A stretch of 64,000 nt of DNA from Candidatus Bathyarchaeota archaeon (GCA_963806535.1 CAWDYC010000010.1:1-64000), one strand, 5' to 3'. Shown: positions 10,446 to 20,528, counted from the first letter of the stretch. The notes: a model not told the origin generated them from the letters alone. A program made the numbers and translations.

Positions 10446-10687
10446 ATTGGGTCATTAGAAACAGCTAAACGGGTCAGGTAGCTTTTGAGCTTTCTTGAGA
10501 ATCAAAATTGACTAAGTTGCGAAGCTTGGAGAGCTAACTGCTTGTTATGCAACGGATGACAAAAGGAAGCCAAATTGAATTTTGGAAATCTACCTCTTAG
10601 GCTTCAGCACAGCCTTAGATTAGCTTGACCGACAAGAAAAAGTTAGTAAAACACTAAGAACTGCAATTTTTTCAGTTCATCGATGTT

Positions 10688-10815
10688 CTCAACTTACAAC
10701 TTTAGAGTTAATATTCTTCTGAAACAATTTCCGAGGTTCGATTTTGGCCTGCTCTAAAATTTCTTTCCGTTCACAGGGTAAGTTTTCTCCAGCGCGGTTA
10801 ATATAGAAATTGAAG
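10688..10815 (-). pseudogene. 3' relic of the DUF3175-like gene
   Basis: Aligns with 12059-12185 (shared CCAGCGCGGTTAATATAGAA, TTTCCGTTCAC, GCCTGCTC). Confidence 0.75.
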
Positions 10816-11062
10816 AGACTATAGTTTTACTAAGAAGTAACAAAAATAAAAATTTTTGCAATTACTTAGCGAACAGTCACAAAATCAGACCTCATCCGGT
10901 CAGGATTCTGATGGGCGAACTGCAAGGCAAAGTCCTCGGGGACCTTGAGCTGAAGTTTTATTTCACGAAATCATTCAGGAAATAGCAAATAGGTAGTTAG
11001 ATGAGGCCGCTGATTGATCTTTGGAAAATATTGTGCCGTTAGCCTCAAGATTGTAAGTAACC

Positions 11063-11419
11063 TTAGGAGATTACGCGAAGTCTTCTTTTGGTGATTATTA
11101 CAAGTGTGTTTTGAACGTTTTTGAGGTCAATTCTAGATTGTGCGGTGTTAAGCGCTTGAATGATGCTTTGGCTGGTTCCTTCTTTGGTTTTGACGAGAAT
11201 GACCGTAAGTTTGCGTTTATAAATAGAATGATACAGCTTTGCAAAATCCGCGTCTTGGGTTAGGATTGTCATGTGTTTTTGAATCGCGAATTCTGCTATC
11301 TTTTTATCCGTCGCACCTCTGAGGTTGACGTCAGCTAAAATAACTGTTACGAAGCCTTTCTGTTTTAGCCAATCACTGACGCGTATTGGTATGTTTTGAT
11401 CGATCAAAATCGGCGTCAA
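11063..11419 (-). CDS. DUF5615 PIN-like toxin
   Basis: ILIDQNIP, GATDKKI, ILTQDADF; downstream of DUF433. Confidence 0.85.
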   Translation of the reverse strand: MTPILIDQNIPIRVSDWLKQKGFVTVILADVNLRGATDKKIAEFAIQKHMTILTQDADFAKLYHSIYKRKLTVILVKTKEGTSQSIIQALNTAQSRIDLKNVQNTLVIITKRRLRVIS

Positions 11420-11436
11420 AGAATGTTCCTCTGTTC

Positions 11437-11664
11437 TTACACTGGAATGATTTCTTCACGATCAAGGCATTTAGATGCGTACAACAGCGCGGCTTTTATG
11501 TCCTCTTTCTTCAGATCGGGATAGTCTTCTAATATTTCAGTTTCCGTGACCCCGTTTGCTAAGAGTTGAATAATGAGATTCACTGTGATACGTGTACCTT
11601 TGATGACTGGCTTGCCAACCATTATCTTAGGGTCTATAATAATCCTGTCCATCAGCTCTTCCAT
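11437..11664 (-). CDS. DUF433 antitoxin
   Basis: IDPKIMVGKPVIKGTRITV..EILEDYPDL..EDIKAALLYA. Confidence 0.9.
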   Translation of the reverse strand: MEELMDRIIIDPKIMVGKPVIKGTRITVNLIIQLLANGVTETEILEDYPDLKKEDIKAALLYASKCLDREEIIPV

Positions 11665-12059
11665 TCAAATCACTTTGTTCTTGTGAACCAATATCAGCAA
11701 ATATCTTTATCGCTTCAGTAGTATATGAGCATATACACCCACGTTTTAGTTTCATTAAAGAGTTTTCGTTTACTTGAGCTCATGCAAAACCTTCCATAGA
11801 TCCAGCCTGAATGACAACAGCAAAAATAAATAACTGGGCGGAACTTTGCCAAGAAAAAAAGACGATCAATATGTCATGATTTCAGACATGAGTAGCGATT
11901 ACATATAGAAGTATACAAGCAAAAACGTAATATTTTGACTATCGGGGGGGGGGGTTAACTAGTAGAGATAGGGAGAGAACTCTTTTTCTTTTCCATCAAC
12001 CGATTAAGTTCACACAAAAAAATTAACCCAACAAAATTCTGCAAGATTTTTCTACGTGC

Positions 12060-12350
12060 TCAACTTGTTATTTCAGGGTTTGCATAATTGTGAAAAAGTT
12101 TGCGAAGTTCGGTTTTAGCCTGCTCCAAAATTCCTTTCCGTTCACTGGGTAAATTTTTTCCAGCGCGGTTAATATAGAACTTGAGCATGCTCATGGCGGA
12201 TTGGTAGGGTGTTCCTTTTCGCTTTCCACTTTGCTCAGCTGATTTCTTTAATGATTCGGCGATCTTTTTGGGATTTTTTAGAGTGAACACTTCCGGCTGC
12301 AAATCTAAAGCGTTACTGTTCTCAGTTATTTCTTTAGACCATTTACGCAT
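12060..12350 (-). CDS. DUF3175-like protein
   Basis: RKWS..SNALDL..SAMSMLKFYINRAGKNL..AKTELRKLF. Confidence 0.8.
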   Translation of the reverse strand: MRKWSKEITENSNALDLQPEVFTLKNPKKIAESLKKSAEQSGKRKGTPYQSAMSMLKFYINRAGKNLPSERKGILEQAKTELRKLFHNYANPEITS

Positions 12351-12408
12351 AGCTTGTCTCCAAAAATTTTGTGTGGATTCTTAACTTATGAAAAAAATTG
12401 AGAGAGGG

Positions 12409-12591
12409 CTAAGCTTTTTTGGGTGGAACTTTAGCTCCTTTCTTTCGAGCCTCAGAAAGCCCGATTGCAACTGCTTGCTTTTTGCTTCTTACCGTTTTGC
12501 CGCTGCGACCGCTTTTCAATTTGCCTTCTTTCATCTTGTGCATTGCTGTTTCAACTGATTCTTGGGCGGCTTCACCGTATTTTCTCGCCAT
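12409..12591 (-). CDS. DUF6496-like small basic protein
   Basis: MHKMKEGKLKSGRSGKTVRSKKQAVAIGLSEARKKGAKVP; GGAGGTG SD upstream. Confidence 0.8.
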   Translation of the reverse strand: MARKYGEAAQESVETAMHKMKEGKLKSGRSGKTVRSKKQAVAIGLSEARKKGAKVPPKKA

Positions 12592-12764
12592 TTCTATCAA
12601 TTCACCTCCGTTATGGGTAACTCAATTATTGCTGATGTCAAAATGCTAGATATGTCTAATCAACGAATCTTGATTTTATATTTATGAATATGTGACTGCA
12701 TAATATTAGCAACTATTTGGATTTTTAAGATTTTCAATTTGCGAATTTTGAAAAAACTGTTATT

Positions 12765-13015
12765 CAAGCTTCCAGGTTAAGGTCTGAACCCGAAAACAAA
12801 AAGCAAACCAAAAAAACAGAACAAAAGACTCCACAAAAAACCATCAATAGCCGTTGGGACGCAAGGAGACGCAGCGAGACGGGCAGAGACGGAGGAGACG
12901 AACAGAGACGCGTAAAGACGCAGCCTGCAAACATAGCAAACCACAAAATAGTAGGGTAATCCTGAAAATCTTTTTGGCAGCATTAATCAGGAAACGGACA
13001 AATAGACGATTTTTC
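12765..13015 (+). repeat. Phased-array/core element R4 (core-tail-array-core)
   Basis: AAAAAGCAAACC..AGAACAAA, tail CACAAAAAACCATCAATAG, seven GAC units (gagac type), GACGCAGCCTGCAAAC. Confidence 0.9.
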
Positions 13016-13054
13016 TGGTACCCTTAATTTCTTTTCCAATTTGAGCTGTAGACA

Positions 13055-13489
13055 TCAAATGGACCTAGACTCATCAAGAATATTTCTGTTAAGCAATCCA
13101 AGCATTCCTTCGACAGTCATTATTTTGATTCTTTTGAATGTTTTCAACTCAAGAAGGTGTCTGTCTCCGCTTACAATAATGTCAGCGTTTCCATCATAAG
13201 CTGTTTCTATAATAATATTGTCTTTGGGGTCTTGTTTCACTGCTTCAAATTTTGATTTTACAGTAACAATTTCAGCTGACTTGATAAGTGCTTGTATGAT
13301 TCTGTTGATTTCAGCTTGGTTTGTCTTAAATTTTGGACGATTGAGTACGTTGACAAGCTCTTTTATGATTAAGTCGGATGTAATGATCGAAAACTGGTTT
13401 GTTATTCCTCGGATTAAGAGTTCTCTTGATTTGCCATCAGAGATTATGGCGCTCACCAAAACATTCGTATCGAGAACGACTCTGGGCAT
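13055..13489 (-). CDS. vapC: PIN-domain toxin (TIGR00305-like)
   Basis: RVVLDTNVLVSA, DPKDN, ADIIVSGDRHLL. Confidence 0.9.
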   Translation of the reverse strand: MPRVVLDTNVLVSAIISDGKSRELLIRGITNQFSIITSDLIIKELVNVLNRPKFKTNQAEINRIIQALIKSAEIVTVKSKFEAVKQDPKDNIIIETAYDGNADIIVSGDRHLLELKTFKRIKIMTVEGMLGLLNRNILDESRSI

Positions 13490-13500
13490 CTGATCATCTG

Positions 13501-13770
13501 TTACTTATGCCGTTTTTTTCTAACTTGGCTTATTTCTTCTTCGATTTCTTCGTCGGAAATCTTCAGTTCCTTTTCATCCATCATCTTAAAGATGCTGTCC
13601 CATTCCTTTTTCAAGTCGGGGATCTCAAGCTTCTTCATTATGATCGTGTCGCCTTTTCCGTAGATGAGAAATTTGTTTTTTGCCTTTATTCCCATCTGCT
13701 TTCTTATTGACTGTGGAATTACGACTTGGCCTTTTTCGCTGATTGTGGTGACTTGTGGTTCCTCTGTCAT
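13501..13770 (-). CDS. AbrB/MazE-family antitoxin
   Basis: TTISEKGQVVIPQSIRKQMGI. Confidence 0.9.
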   Translation of the reverse strand: MTEEPQVTTISEKGQVVIPQSIRKQMGIKAKNKFLIYGKGDTIIMKKLEIPDLKKEWDSIFKMMDEKELKISDEEIEEEISQVRKKRHK

Positions 13771-13859
13771 AGGTAAGAATAGTTTACTTTCATACTATTA
13801 TACATTATTAGGAAATTGCAGTTATAACAAAGCTGCAACAAGAACATTGTTCTAGACTA

Positions 13860-14160
13860 AAAGCTCAAAGAAAAAAACTTGTGCAAAAATCCGTCAATAA
13901 CTGTTGGGACGTAATAGACCAACCTGTCATTGTCTTTTTCTTGCGTTTTTTTGCAGATTCTTGCATTTATTTGCGTTTTCTTGCAGATAAAGCCGCAACC
14001 TACAAAGGATTCAAGCTCTAAAACAGAAAAGCAACCTGAATTATTAAGAGCAAAAATCCTTCTTCTTTTGTTTCCCTTATGTGTACTTGCTTTTCCTCGT
14101 GTATACACGCTTTTACTTGTGTACTTCTGTGTAAACTGTGAAAGCACATCACCAGCAAAA
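13860..14160 (+). repeat. Phased-array/core element R5
   Basis: Tail AAAAATCCGTCAATAA; TTGC ends at 13944-13984 every 10 bp; core CGCAACCTACAAA..CAAGCTCTAAAACAGAAAAGCAACC; a second degenerate tac-type array near 14080-14140. Confidence 0.85.
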
Positions 14161-14338
14161 TGTTATTTTCTTTGGCTTAGTGTAAAACAAAGAGGTGGGT
14201 TTTTAAATTATTTTAGAAAATAGGTGATAATCTGGATATAATTTGGTTAAGATTTGAGTTCAAATCTGGAATATTGATTAATATTCTTTTGTCTTTGGAG
14301 AAGTTGAAAGTTTCAAACAAAGAATGGAGGCTTGAGGA

Positions 14339-14581
14339 TTGAAGCAAGTGCAGGTGTATGTTTTGGATTTGACTAAAATTGATGGACAGGGAGAATTCTC
14401 GTGTCCAAGGTGTGGAAATGTGATATCTCCTGATAACTGTTCCGAAAACGCTTATTCTATTTTAGAAGCAAAGGTCAGCAATCAGGATTTGGAGGAAATA
14501 ATGATTCGTTGCAATAAGTGTCAAAGCGAGCTCCATTTGACCGGTTTTTCTCTCTTACAAAAACTAAGCGGGAGCCTTTAA
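14339..14581 (+). CDS. Small zinc-finger hypothetical protein
   Basis: CPRCG..CNKC; GGAGG upstream. Confidence 0.75.
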   Translation: MKQVQVYVLDLTKIDGQGEFSCPRCGNVISPDNCSENAYSILEAKVSNQDLEEIMIRCNKCQSELHLTGFSLLQKLSGSL

Positions 14582-14809
14582 CCTTTCAAGGAGATGAGAA
14601 AGATAACGCTACAAATTCCGCACAAAAATAAAGTTAAACAAACAAAAAAATCTGACTGCAAATACACAGAAAAGAAAAATGTTTCTTCAGGATCTTACGT
14701 TGACCATGTATAAGAAAACTAATTCTCTCTTGTGGACATTTTATTTATGTTGAAACAATGAAGGGAAAATAGTTAAATATTAACTTCGTAAAAGTTAACT
14801 TGATGCAGA

Positions 14810-15616
14810 ATGAATTTTTTAAGTCAAAATGTTACTTTCAAGTGCTTTGATGGCGCTGATATGTCGACTTATGTTGCGGCTCCTAAGGCTGAAGGTCGTT
14901 ACCCGGCAATTATTATTGTGCACGAAGCTTGGGGTCTTAACGATCAGATTAGAGGGGTCGCAAATAGGTTTGCTGAACAAGGTTTTGTTGGTGTGGCTCC
15001 TCATCTTTTCAGCAGGGATAAAGATCTAACTGAACAGGCAATTGAGAAAGCTATGATGAAAATGTGGCAAATTCCTCCCGAAAAACGCAGCGACCCAACT
15101 GCTGTGCAAAGTTTGATGGCGAGTTTGTCGGAGAATGACCGAAAAATAATGAACTTTTTCTTCACAGGTCGGGAAAGCGCTGAAAAATCAATGGCGCAAG
15201 ATCTGCTTTGCTGCATAAACTATGCTAAAACCTTGGATCCTGTGGACGCGGAAAGACTTGGAATAACTGGTTTTTGCCTTGGCGGCGGTTTGACTTATCA
15301 ACTTGCAACCGAATACCCATTTAGCGCAGCTGTTCCTTTTTATGGCGCAAACCCGCGACCGATTGAGTCCGTCGCTAAAATTAAATGTCCAGTGTTTGGG
15401 ATTTATGCTGGGGAGGATCTGAGAATAACTAGTGGGGTCCCTGCTTTAGTTGAGAGTATGATTGCTAATAAGAAAACTTTTCAAATGAAGATCTATCAGG
15501 GCACTCAGCATGCTTTTTTTAACGAAACACGACCCTCTTACAATAAGGAAGCAGCTGAAGATGCGTGGATGATGACTGTAGCTTTTTTCAATAAGTACCT
15601 GAAGGCGAACAAATGA
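14810..15616 (+). CDS. Dienelactone hydrolase family protein
   Basis: HEAWGLN, GFCLGG, VPFYG, HAFFN. Confidence 0.92.
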   Translation: MNFLSQNVTFKCFDGADMSTYVAAPKAEGRYPAIIIVHEAWGLNDQIRGVANRFAEQGFVGVAPHLFSRDKDLTEQAIEKAMMKMWQIPPEKRSDPTAVQSLMASLSENDRKIMNFFFTGRESAEKSMAQDLLCCINYAKTLDPVDAERLGITGFCLGGGLTYQLATEYPFSAAVPFYGANPRPIESVAKIKCPVFGIYAGEDLRITSGVPALVESMIANKKTFQMKIYQGTQHAFFNETRPSYNKEAAEDAWMMTVAFFNKYLKANK

Positions 15617-15772
15617 GCAATCCTGAAAACCAAAAAATTTCAAGTCTACTCTGGGACTGCTTCACCAATTGGTCATTAACATTGGAAAAAACCTCGGGGC
15701 AAAAACAAACAACAAAAGAATCTTAGAAGTTTTCTAAATTTAACATTAAGCTGTAATTGAATGTGAAGAATT

Positions 15773-16408
15773 ATGGAGCCAAGTAATGTTCGAAGGCTTT
15801 ATGCGGTCGTTCTTGTCGGAATCATACTCTATTTTATGCTAGATGTTGTTGCCCAGATTCTTCCTCCGCACTATAGTTGGATTAGTCAGGCGGAGAGTGA
15901 TTTGGCTGTAGGTCCATTCGGTTACATAATGATCCTCAACTTCCTCAACCGTGGCATCTTGTCTCTCGTATTTTTGTACGCCTTACTCGGCATTATCCGC
16001 CTAAAAGGAGAAAACATAGCCCAGTACCGTGGAGGATTATTTCTCTTTGCCACCTGGTCAGTCGGCGCCTTGCTACTTGCGATCTTTCCCACTGACGTTC
16101 CAGCTACACCCGTTTCGTGGCATGGAGCAATCCACCTTGTAGTGGCGATTGTTGCGTTTCTGACAGGTGCGTTTGGCTCGCTTGCATTGTCTCTGAAAAT
16201 GAGTGGAAATCAAAGTCTGCGAAATCTCCGACGATTCGCCCTACCGATCTCCGAGATCACGGTTGTTTTGTGTTTGGTCGAGTTACTGACTCCGTTTGTC
16301 GCTCCTCACTTTGCCGCACTCTTTGGAGGACTTTTAGAGAGGCTATTCCTTGGAGTTTTGTTGGTTTGGATCGCGGCTATATCAGCATATTTGCTCAGGT
16401 ATGTATAG
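15773..16408 (+). CDS. DUF998-like membrane protein
   Basis: YSWISQAESDL, FPTD, HGAIH, GLLERL; several TM helices. Confidence 0.8.
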   Translation: MEPSNVRRLYAVVLVGIILYFMLDVVAQILPPHYSWISQAESDLAVGPFGYIMILNFLNRGILSLVFLYALLGIIRLKGENIAQYRGGLFLFATWSVGALLLAIFPTDVPATPVSWHGAIHLVVAIVAFLTGAFGSLALSLKMSGNQSLRNLRRFALPISEITVVLCLVELLTPFVAPHFAALFGGLLERLFLGVLLVWIAAISAYLLRYV

Positions 16409-16458
16409 AAATTAGCCAGGTCTTAGGTTATTCTAAAATTAGGTGCATTTACCAATCT

Positions 16459-16722
16459 ATGGAATTAAGCAGGGAAACTCTAATTCAAACTGTAATCAGA
16501 ATTGTAAAATTCGTTAAAGTTACAAAAAAACTTGATGTAGTTCGGGAACATTCAGCAGACAATAAATTTGTGGAATGTGCCTCGGTGGCTGGAGTAGACT
16601 ACATTGTTAGTGGGGACAAACATCTTTTCAAAGTAGCTTGTTATGGGAAAACGCAGATTGTATCAGTGAAAGAATTTCTGAAACAAATCGAAACCAATTG
16701 GTCTTCAAAAGATTGCCAATGA
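16459..16722 (+). pseudogene. C-terminal relic of a PIN (TIGR00305-like) toxin
   Basis: ADNKFVECA..DYIVSGDKHL..IVSVKEFL matches the C-half of 13055-13489; the N-terminal LDTN motif and antitoxin are absent. Confidence 0.7.
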
Positions 16723-16819
16723 AATTGTTCCATCTGAAGCCTGATTTAATATTTAATCAAATTATGGCGTAAGAAGAAACGCTAATAATTTTTTGCTTGC
16801 CTTCTTTGTCTTGGTTTTC

Positions 16820-16965
16820 TATTGACTTTTTTGACGAATTTTGACGTTTCTTGACGATTTTTGACGCGACCTGCAAACAGCATGAGGCTCAAAACAAAAT
16901 AGCTAGCGTAATCTTGAAAATCTTTTGAGCAGCACTAATCAAGAAACGGCAATAGAGTTTTTCTT
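16820..16965 (+). repeat. Phased-array/core element R6
   Basis: TTGAC x5 at 10-bp period, then GCGACCTGCAAAC; array nearly identical to 26059-26110; 3' flank shared with 12945-13015. Confidence 0.9.
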
Positions 16966-17061
16966 TCAAAGCTTCTTTACAATTCTGTTAAAGCAATAAC
17001 ATTTATTCTCCATTTCATATTATTAAAAGGTTTAAATAGTTTTTTAATCGTATGAAATGTC

Positions 17062-18009
17062 ATGAAATACACAGAGCCAGAGTATGCTTTCAACAAATCA
17101 GAATTGCAAATACTTAGAGAACTCACTAAAGGAAAGAAATCTCTGCCAGAGATTAGAAAGTCGCTCACACTAAAACCAGCTCTTCTTTCCTACAATCTCA
17201 AAAAATTACAGAAGAAAGGGCTGATTCAAACAACCGAACAAGGAAACAGAAAATACACATGTTTCAACGAGACAAAGCACGCGTCTCTACTAAGAGACCT
17301 ATTGACAGCTTATGATTTTATAGATTGGGAAAATATTCTAAAAGGAAAAACAATTGATATCCTTTTCCACGGTCTCAGTGCAAAAGAAGGCAATTTATCC
17401 GGTTTTTCAAATGCTACGCTTTGGCGTTATCTGAAGGAGCTAAAAGCAAGAGGTATTATTGCAGAGACTAAAAAAAGGTACCAAATTAACTCACGTTTCC
17501 CAGTTCTCATAGACTTCCTAAAGGAATACCAACGATATTTTGCCAACAAAGTTTCTAAAACCCTCTCAGAAAATGCGGTCATTCTTTGGCAGGAAGACAT
17601 GGAGTTTTTAGTCAGAGTACCCAAAGCTTCGAAACCGCCATCCGAAGACTTCCACAAAACTGCCACATCAATATTTGCTCAATACGATCTTCCGCTTTTT
17701 TCAGAATTTGACATCTACTTTTACTCAATAGCCAAAAGAACAATCAAACTCGAGGATGCAATATTGCATACGCTTCTTGTAGAATCAGGCAATATGCGAT
17801 ACACAACTTACGCTCTTTTGCTGCTCAAAAAAGCTCAAAACGAAATCGATAAAACATACTTGCTCGGAGAAGCTGAAAGATTTAGGCTTAAGGATCAAGT
17901 AATCGGTATGCTCGAATTCTTAGAGACTCACACGCGTCCAGAAGGTCAACTACTGCCCACTTGGAACGAATTTATCAAAAAGGCAAATGATTACGCAGTG
18001 GTGGTCTAA
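17062..18009 (+). CDS. Winged-HTH protein, probable antitoxin partner of a nucleotidyltransferase
   Basis: N-terminal ArsR-like wHTH plus a second HTH; stop overlaps the ATG of the NTase-like ORF. Confidence 0.7.
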   Translation: MKYTEPEYAFNKSELQILRELTKGKKSLPEIRKSLTLKPALLSYNLKKLQKKGLIQTTEQGNRKYTCFNETKHASLLRDLLTAYDFIDWENILKGKTIDILFHGLSAKEGNLSGFSNATLWRYLKELKARGIIAETKKRYQINSRFPVLIDFLKEYQRYFANKVSKTLSENAVILWQEDMEFLVRVPKASKPPSEDFHKTATSIFAQYDLPLFSEFDIYFYSIAKRTIKLEDAILHTLLVESGNMRYTTYALLLLKKAQNEIDKTYLLGEAERFRLKDQVIGMLEFLETHTRPEGQLLPTWNEFIKKANDYAVVV

Positions 18010-18130
18010 TGGCTCAAAGGCGATCCTTTGATAAGAACTATCTCAATCAAGAATTCGAAAAACTAAACGCGACAGCAAAACAATCTCTTACACTCTATCT
18101 CATAGGCGGAGGAGCAATGGCATTTTACAT
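18009..18130 (+). pseudogene. Truncated nucleotidyltransferase (DUF6036/AbiEii-like) N-terminus
   Basis: LYLIGGGAMAFY motif, then similarity is lost; no T.DID motif. Confidence 0.6.
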
Positions 18131-18238
18131 CTGTGAATTTATCTTTAGACTAACGAAACGCGCTGAACATGGTTTTTTCAGTAGAGGCTTACACATGTGA
18201 AGATTGCAAAACCAGATTCAAAAAATCACGTTAATATT

Positions 18239-18469
18239 TTAGCTTGAGCGGAAAACTGTTTTTCCGTTTGATGTAACCATTTCTAAACGGTGTTTGGCAA
18301 CAATTTTTTCTAGACATGCAATCTCCGATTGATGAGGGACACAATGAACATGAAGTTCCCAACTATCGGTTGACTTGCCTTTCGCTAGGGATACTGCTTG
18401 GGCGTCATGGAATGAACTGCAAACTGCTATCATTTCCTTTAGTATTGAGACTGCCTCTTGCCGATTCAT
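18239..18469 (-). CDS. Small hypothetical protein
   Basis: 76-aa ORF with GGGAGAG upstream and plausible composition. Confidence 0.65.
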   Translation of the reverse strand: MNRQEAVSILKEMIAVCSSFHDAQAVSLAKGKSTDSWELHVHCVPHQSEIACLEKIVAKHRLEMVTSNGKTVFRSS

Positions 18470-19109
18470 TGATTACTCTCTCTCCCTTGCGGCTTGTTCG
18501 TACACAAGCAATTAAAGCTTGCCTGCTAAACCCAAAAAATAGGTGTCAAAATTTTTTGCAGATTTATTTTTCTTTTGAGGTTGATACATGAAATTCTTGA
18601 CTTCGAAGTCGCTGCTGCCTGAGCTGAAAAAACTGCCACAGACATAACGGACAAAAAGCCGAGTTTTTACTAAGAAACAGACTCCTAGATGGGAGGATAG
18701 TCAGAGAAGTTAGGAAATGAATATATTTTACCTGAGAGAAGGATATTGCGACAGCGTAAACAAGATATCCAAAAAATGGTTTTGTGTCCTTACTGCCTTG
18801 CAATAAGCCACGCTGAACTTCAAATTTTTGGTTAATGTATGACCTGCCTTAAAGTAAATTGGAGATGAATATATGATAAATAATGATAGATGTCGTTGCG
18901 GTTGTGCAGAGACTGTTACTGAGTTTCTGGATGAAACAATACTGTTATGTTGCCCAAACTGTAATGCGATTAGAAGCAAAAGTTGGTTTTAGCATAGCTT
19001 AGATGCAAGAAAACATAGTTCTGAAATGAGAAAAAAGGGATATGGGGGGCTGTCTCCACTTCTCGGAGATCAAATCTTACCCGGTCCACTTTTTCCCCAA
19101 ATAACTTTG

Positions 19110-19460
19110 AGTTTTTTGACTAATTTTGACTTTTCTCGATTTTTTTGACACAACCTGCAACCAATTTAAGCTCTAAAACAGAAAAGCAACCCAAAACACA
19201 AAGAATAAACCCACCACAAAAAATCGTCAATAACTAATTCGGGAAGCATTGGACCAACCTCGTCTTCCTTTTTCCTCCGTTTTTTTCCTTTTTCTTGCGT
19301 TTTCTTGCATTTAAAGACGCAACCTGCAAACAAATTGGACCCTAAATCAAAAAAGCAAGCTGAAACACAAAGAACAAAACCTGCACAAAAAACCGTCAAT
19401 CGCCGTTGGGACGTAATGCGACACAGCAAGACGGGTAGAGACGGAGGGAGACGAAGGTAA
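19110..19460 (+). repeat. Phased-array/core element R7 (tandem: array-core-tail-array-core-tail-array)
   Basis: Two full cores (CAACCTGCAA at ~19151 and ~19320), two tails and three arrays with different units (ttgac, ttcc/ttgc, gagac). Confidence 0.92.
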
Positions 19461-19498
19461 CTGTTGGTTTGGTTTGTTTTAAATACTTAAACGCTCCA

Positions 19499-19714
19499 AT
19501 TAATATATGGGGATTAGTGTTGCTGGAAATACAACGTCCATGCTTCAATGAATTCCCCGATCAATGTGTAGCATGCCCTGAATACCGTGAAACAAGGCAA
19601 GATCAAGCAGCGCAACTCACATTTCTTACAGGGATGACGTATCTGCCGCAGATGGCAAAAATCGTTAAAGAATGCAAACGGTATCACAAACGCAAAGTTG
19701 AATACCTAATGTAA
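19499..19714 (+). CDS. Small Cys-containing hypothetical protein
   Basis: C..CVAC..C pattern; start uncertain. Confidence 0.55.
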   Translation: MNIWGLVLLEIQRPCFNEFPDQCVACPEYRETRQDQAAQLTFLTGMTYLPQMAKIVKECKRYHKRKVEYLM

Positions 19715-19999
19715 ATCTGTCATAACAGTCGAAGTTGACTCAAAAAATAAGACATCGGGGAAGAATCTCGAATTCCACCTGATTCTTTAAATCTCATTAA
19801 ATACAGTTTAATGAAATACCTGTTGAAATTAAATCTGCTTTTTTGGTGCTCCGCAGGCTAGAGAGTTCATTTCAATTCTCTGCTCAATTTGCCCTGGGGT
19901 TGAAATTCAAGTCCAATTTGAACGAATTATCTCAATTGCGGTGAGGGTTCAAATCCTTCGTCACAAGACTTTTAGGTTAGTCATTTTCTGAATTAGTTA

Positions 20000-20305
20000 G
20001 TGGTGAGAGTTTTGGCAAGTTTTGTTGTCCTTGGAAATTGGACTGATCAGGGAATACGAAATGTTAAAGCCGTTCCCGATAGGATTCATCCAACGCGCAG
20101 CATGGTTGAAAAAGCCAATGGAAAAATGCAGCTTTACTTCACACTTGGAACATACGATTTTGTTATGATTATCGAGGTTCCAAACGATGAAGCTATTATT
20201 GAAATTCTCTCGTCCCTCGGCAGCATGGGGAACGTTCGCACAGCCACAATGAAAGCTTGGACAGAATCTGAAGTAGCCACCATAATAAAATCCGCCCATC
20301 AATAA
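20000..20305 (+). CDS. GYD-domain protein
   Basis: WTDQGIRNVK, YFTLGTYD, GNVRTATMKA. Confidence 0.85.
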   Translation: MVRVLASFVVLGNWTDQGIRNVKAVPDRIHPTRSMVEKANGKMQLYFTLGTYDFVMIIEVPNDEAIIEILSSLGSMGNVRTATMKAWTESEVATIIKSAHQ

Positions 20306-20528
20306 CTTTAACAACATACGCTGCTTTCGGGAAAAAGTTGGCAACATCCACTTCTTTTGATAGCGAATGCTATTTTTAAGAAGTTTAATTTGAGCTCTGC
20401 CTGCAATTTGGAAATATGTCTGGAACTGATAATTTTAAGGCTTTAGCGGCGGAAATAGCGACTTAGCTATTGGAACTAAGTCTAAATTGGTCTTTCGTCT
20501 CTTACTATTACATGAGGTTACTTTTGTG

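Noticed and set aside
14231-14258. dif-like TCTGGATATAA-TTTGG-TTAAGATTTGA
   Set aside because: The spacer is 5 bp rather than 6, the right arm matches poorly, and it is far from the polarity switch.
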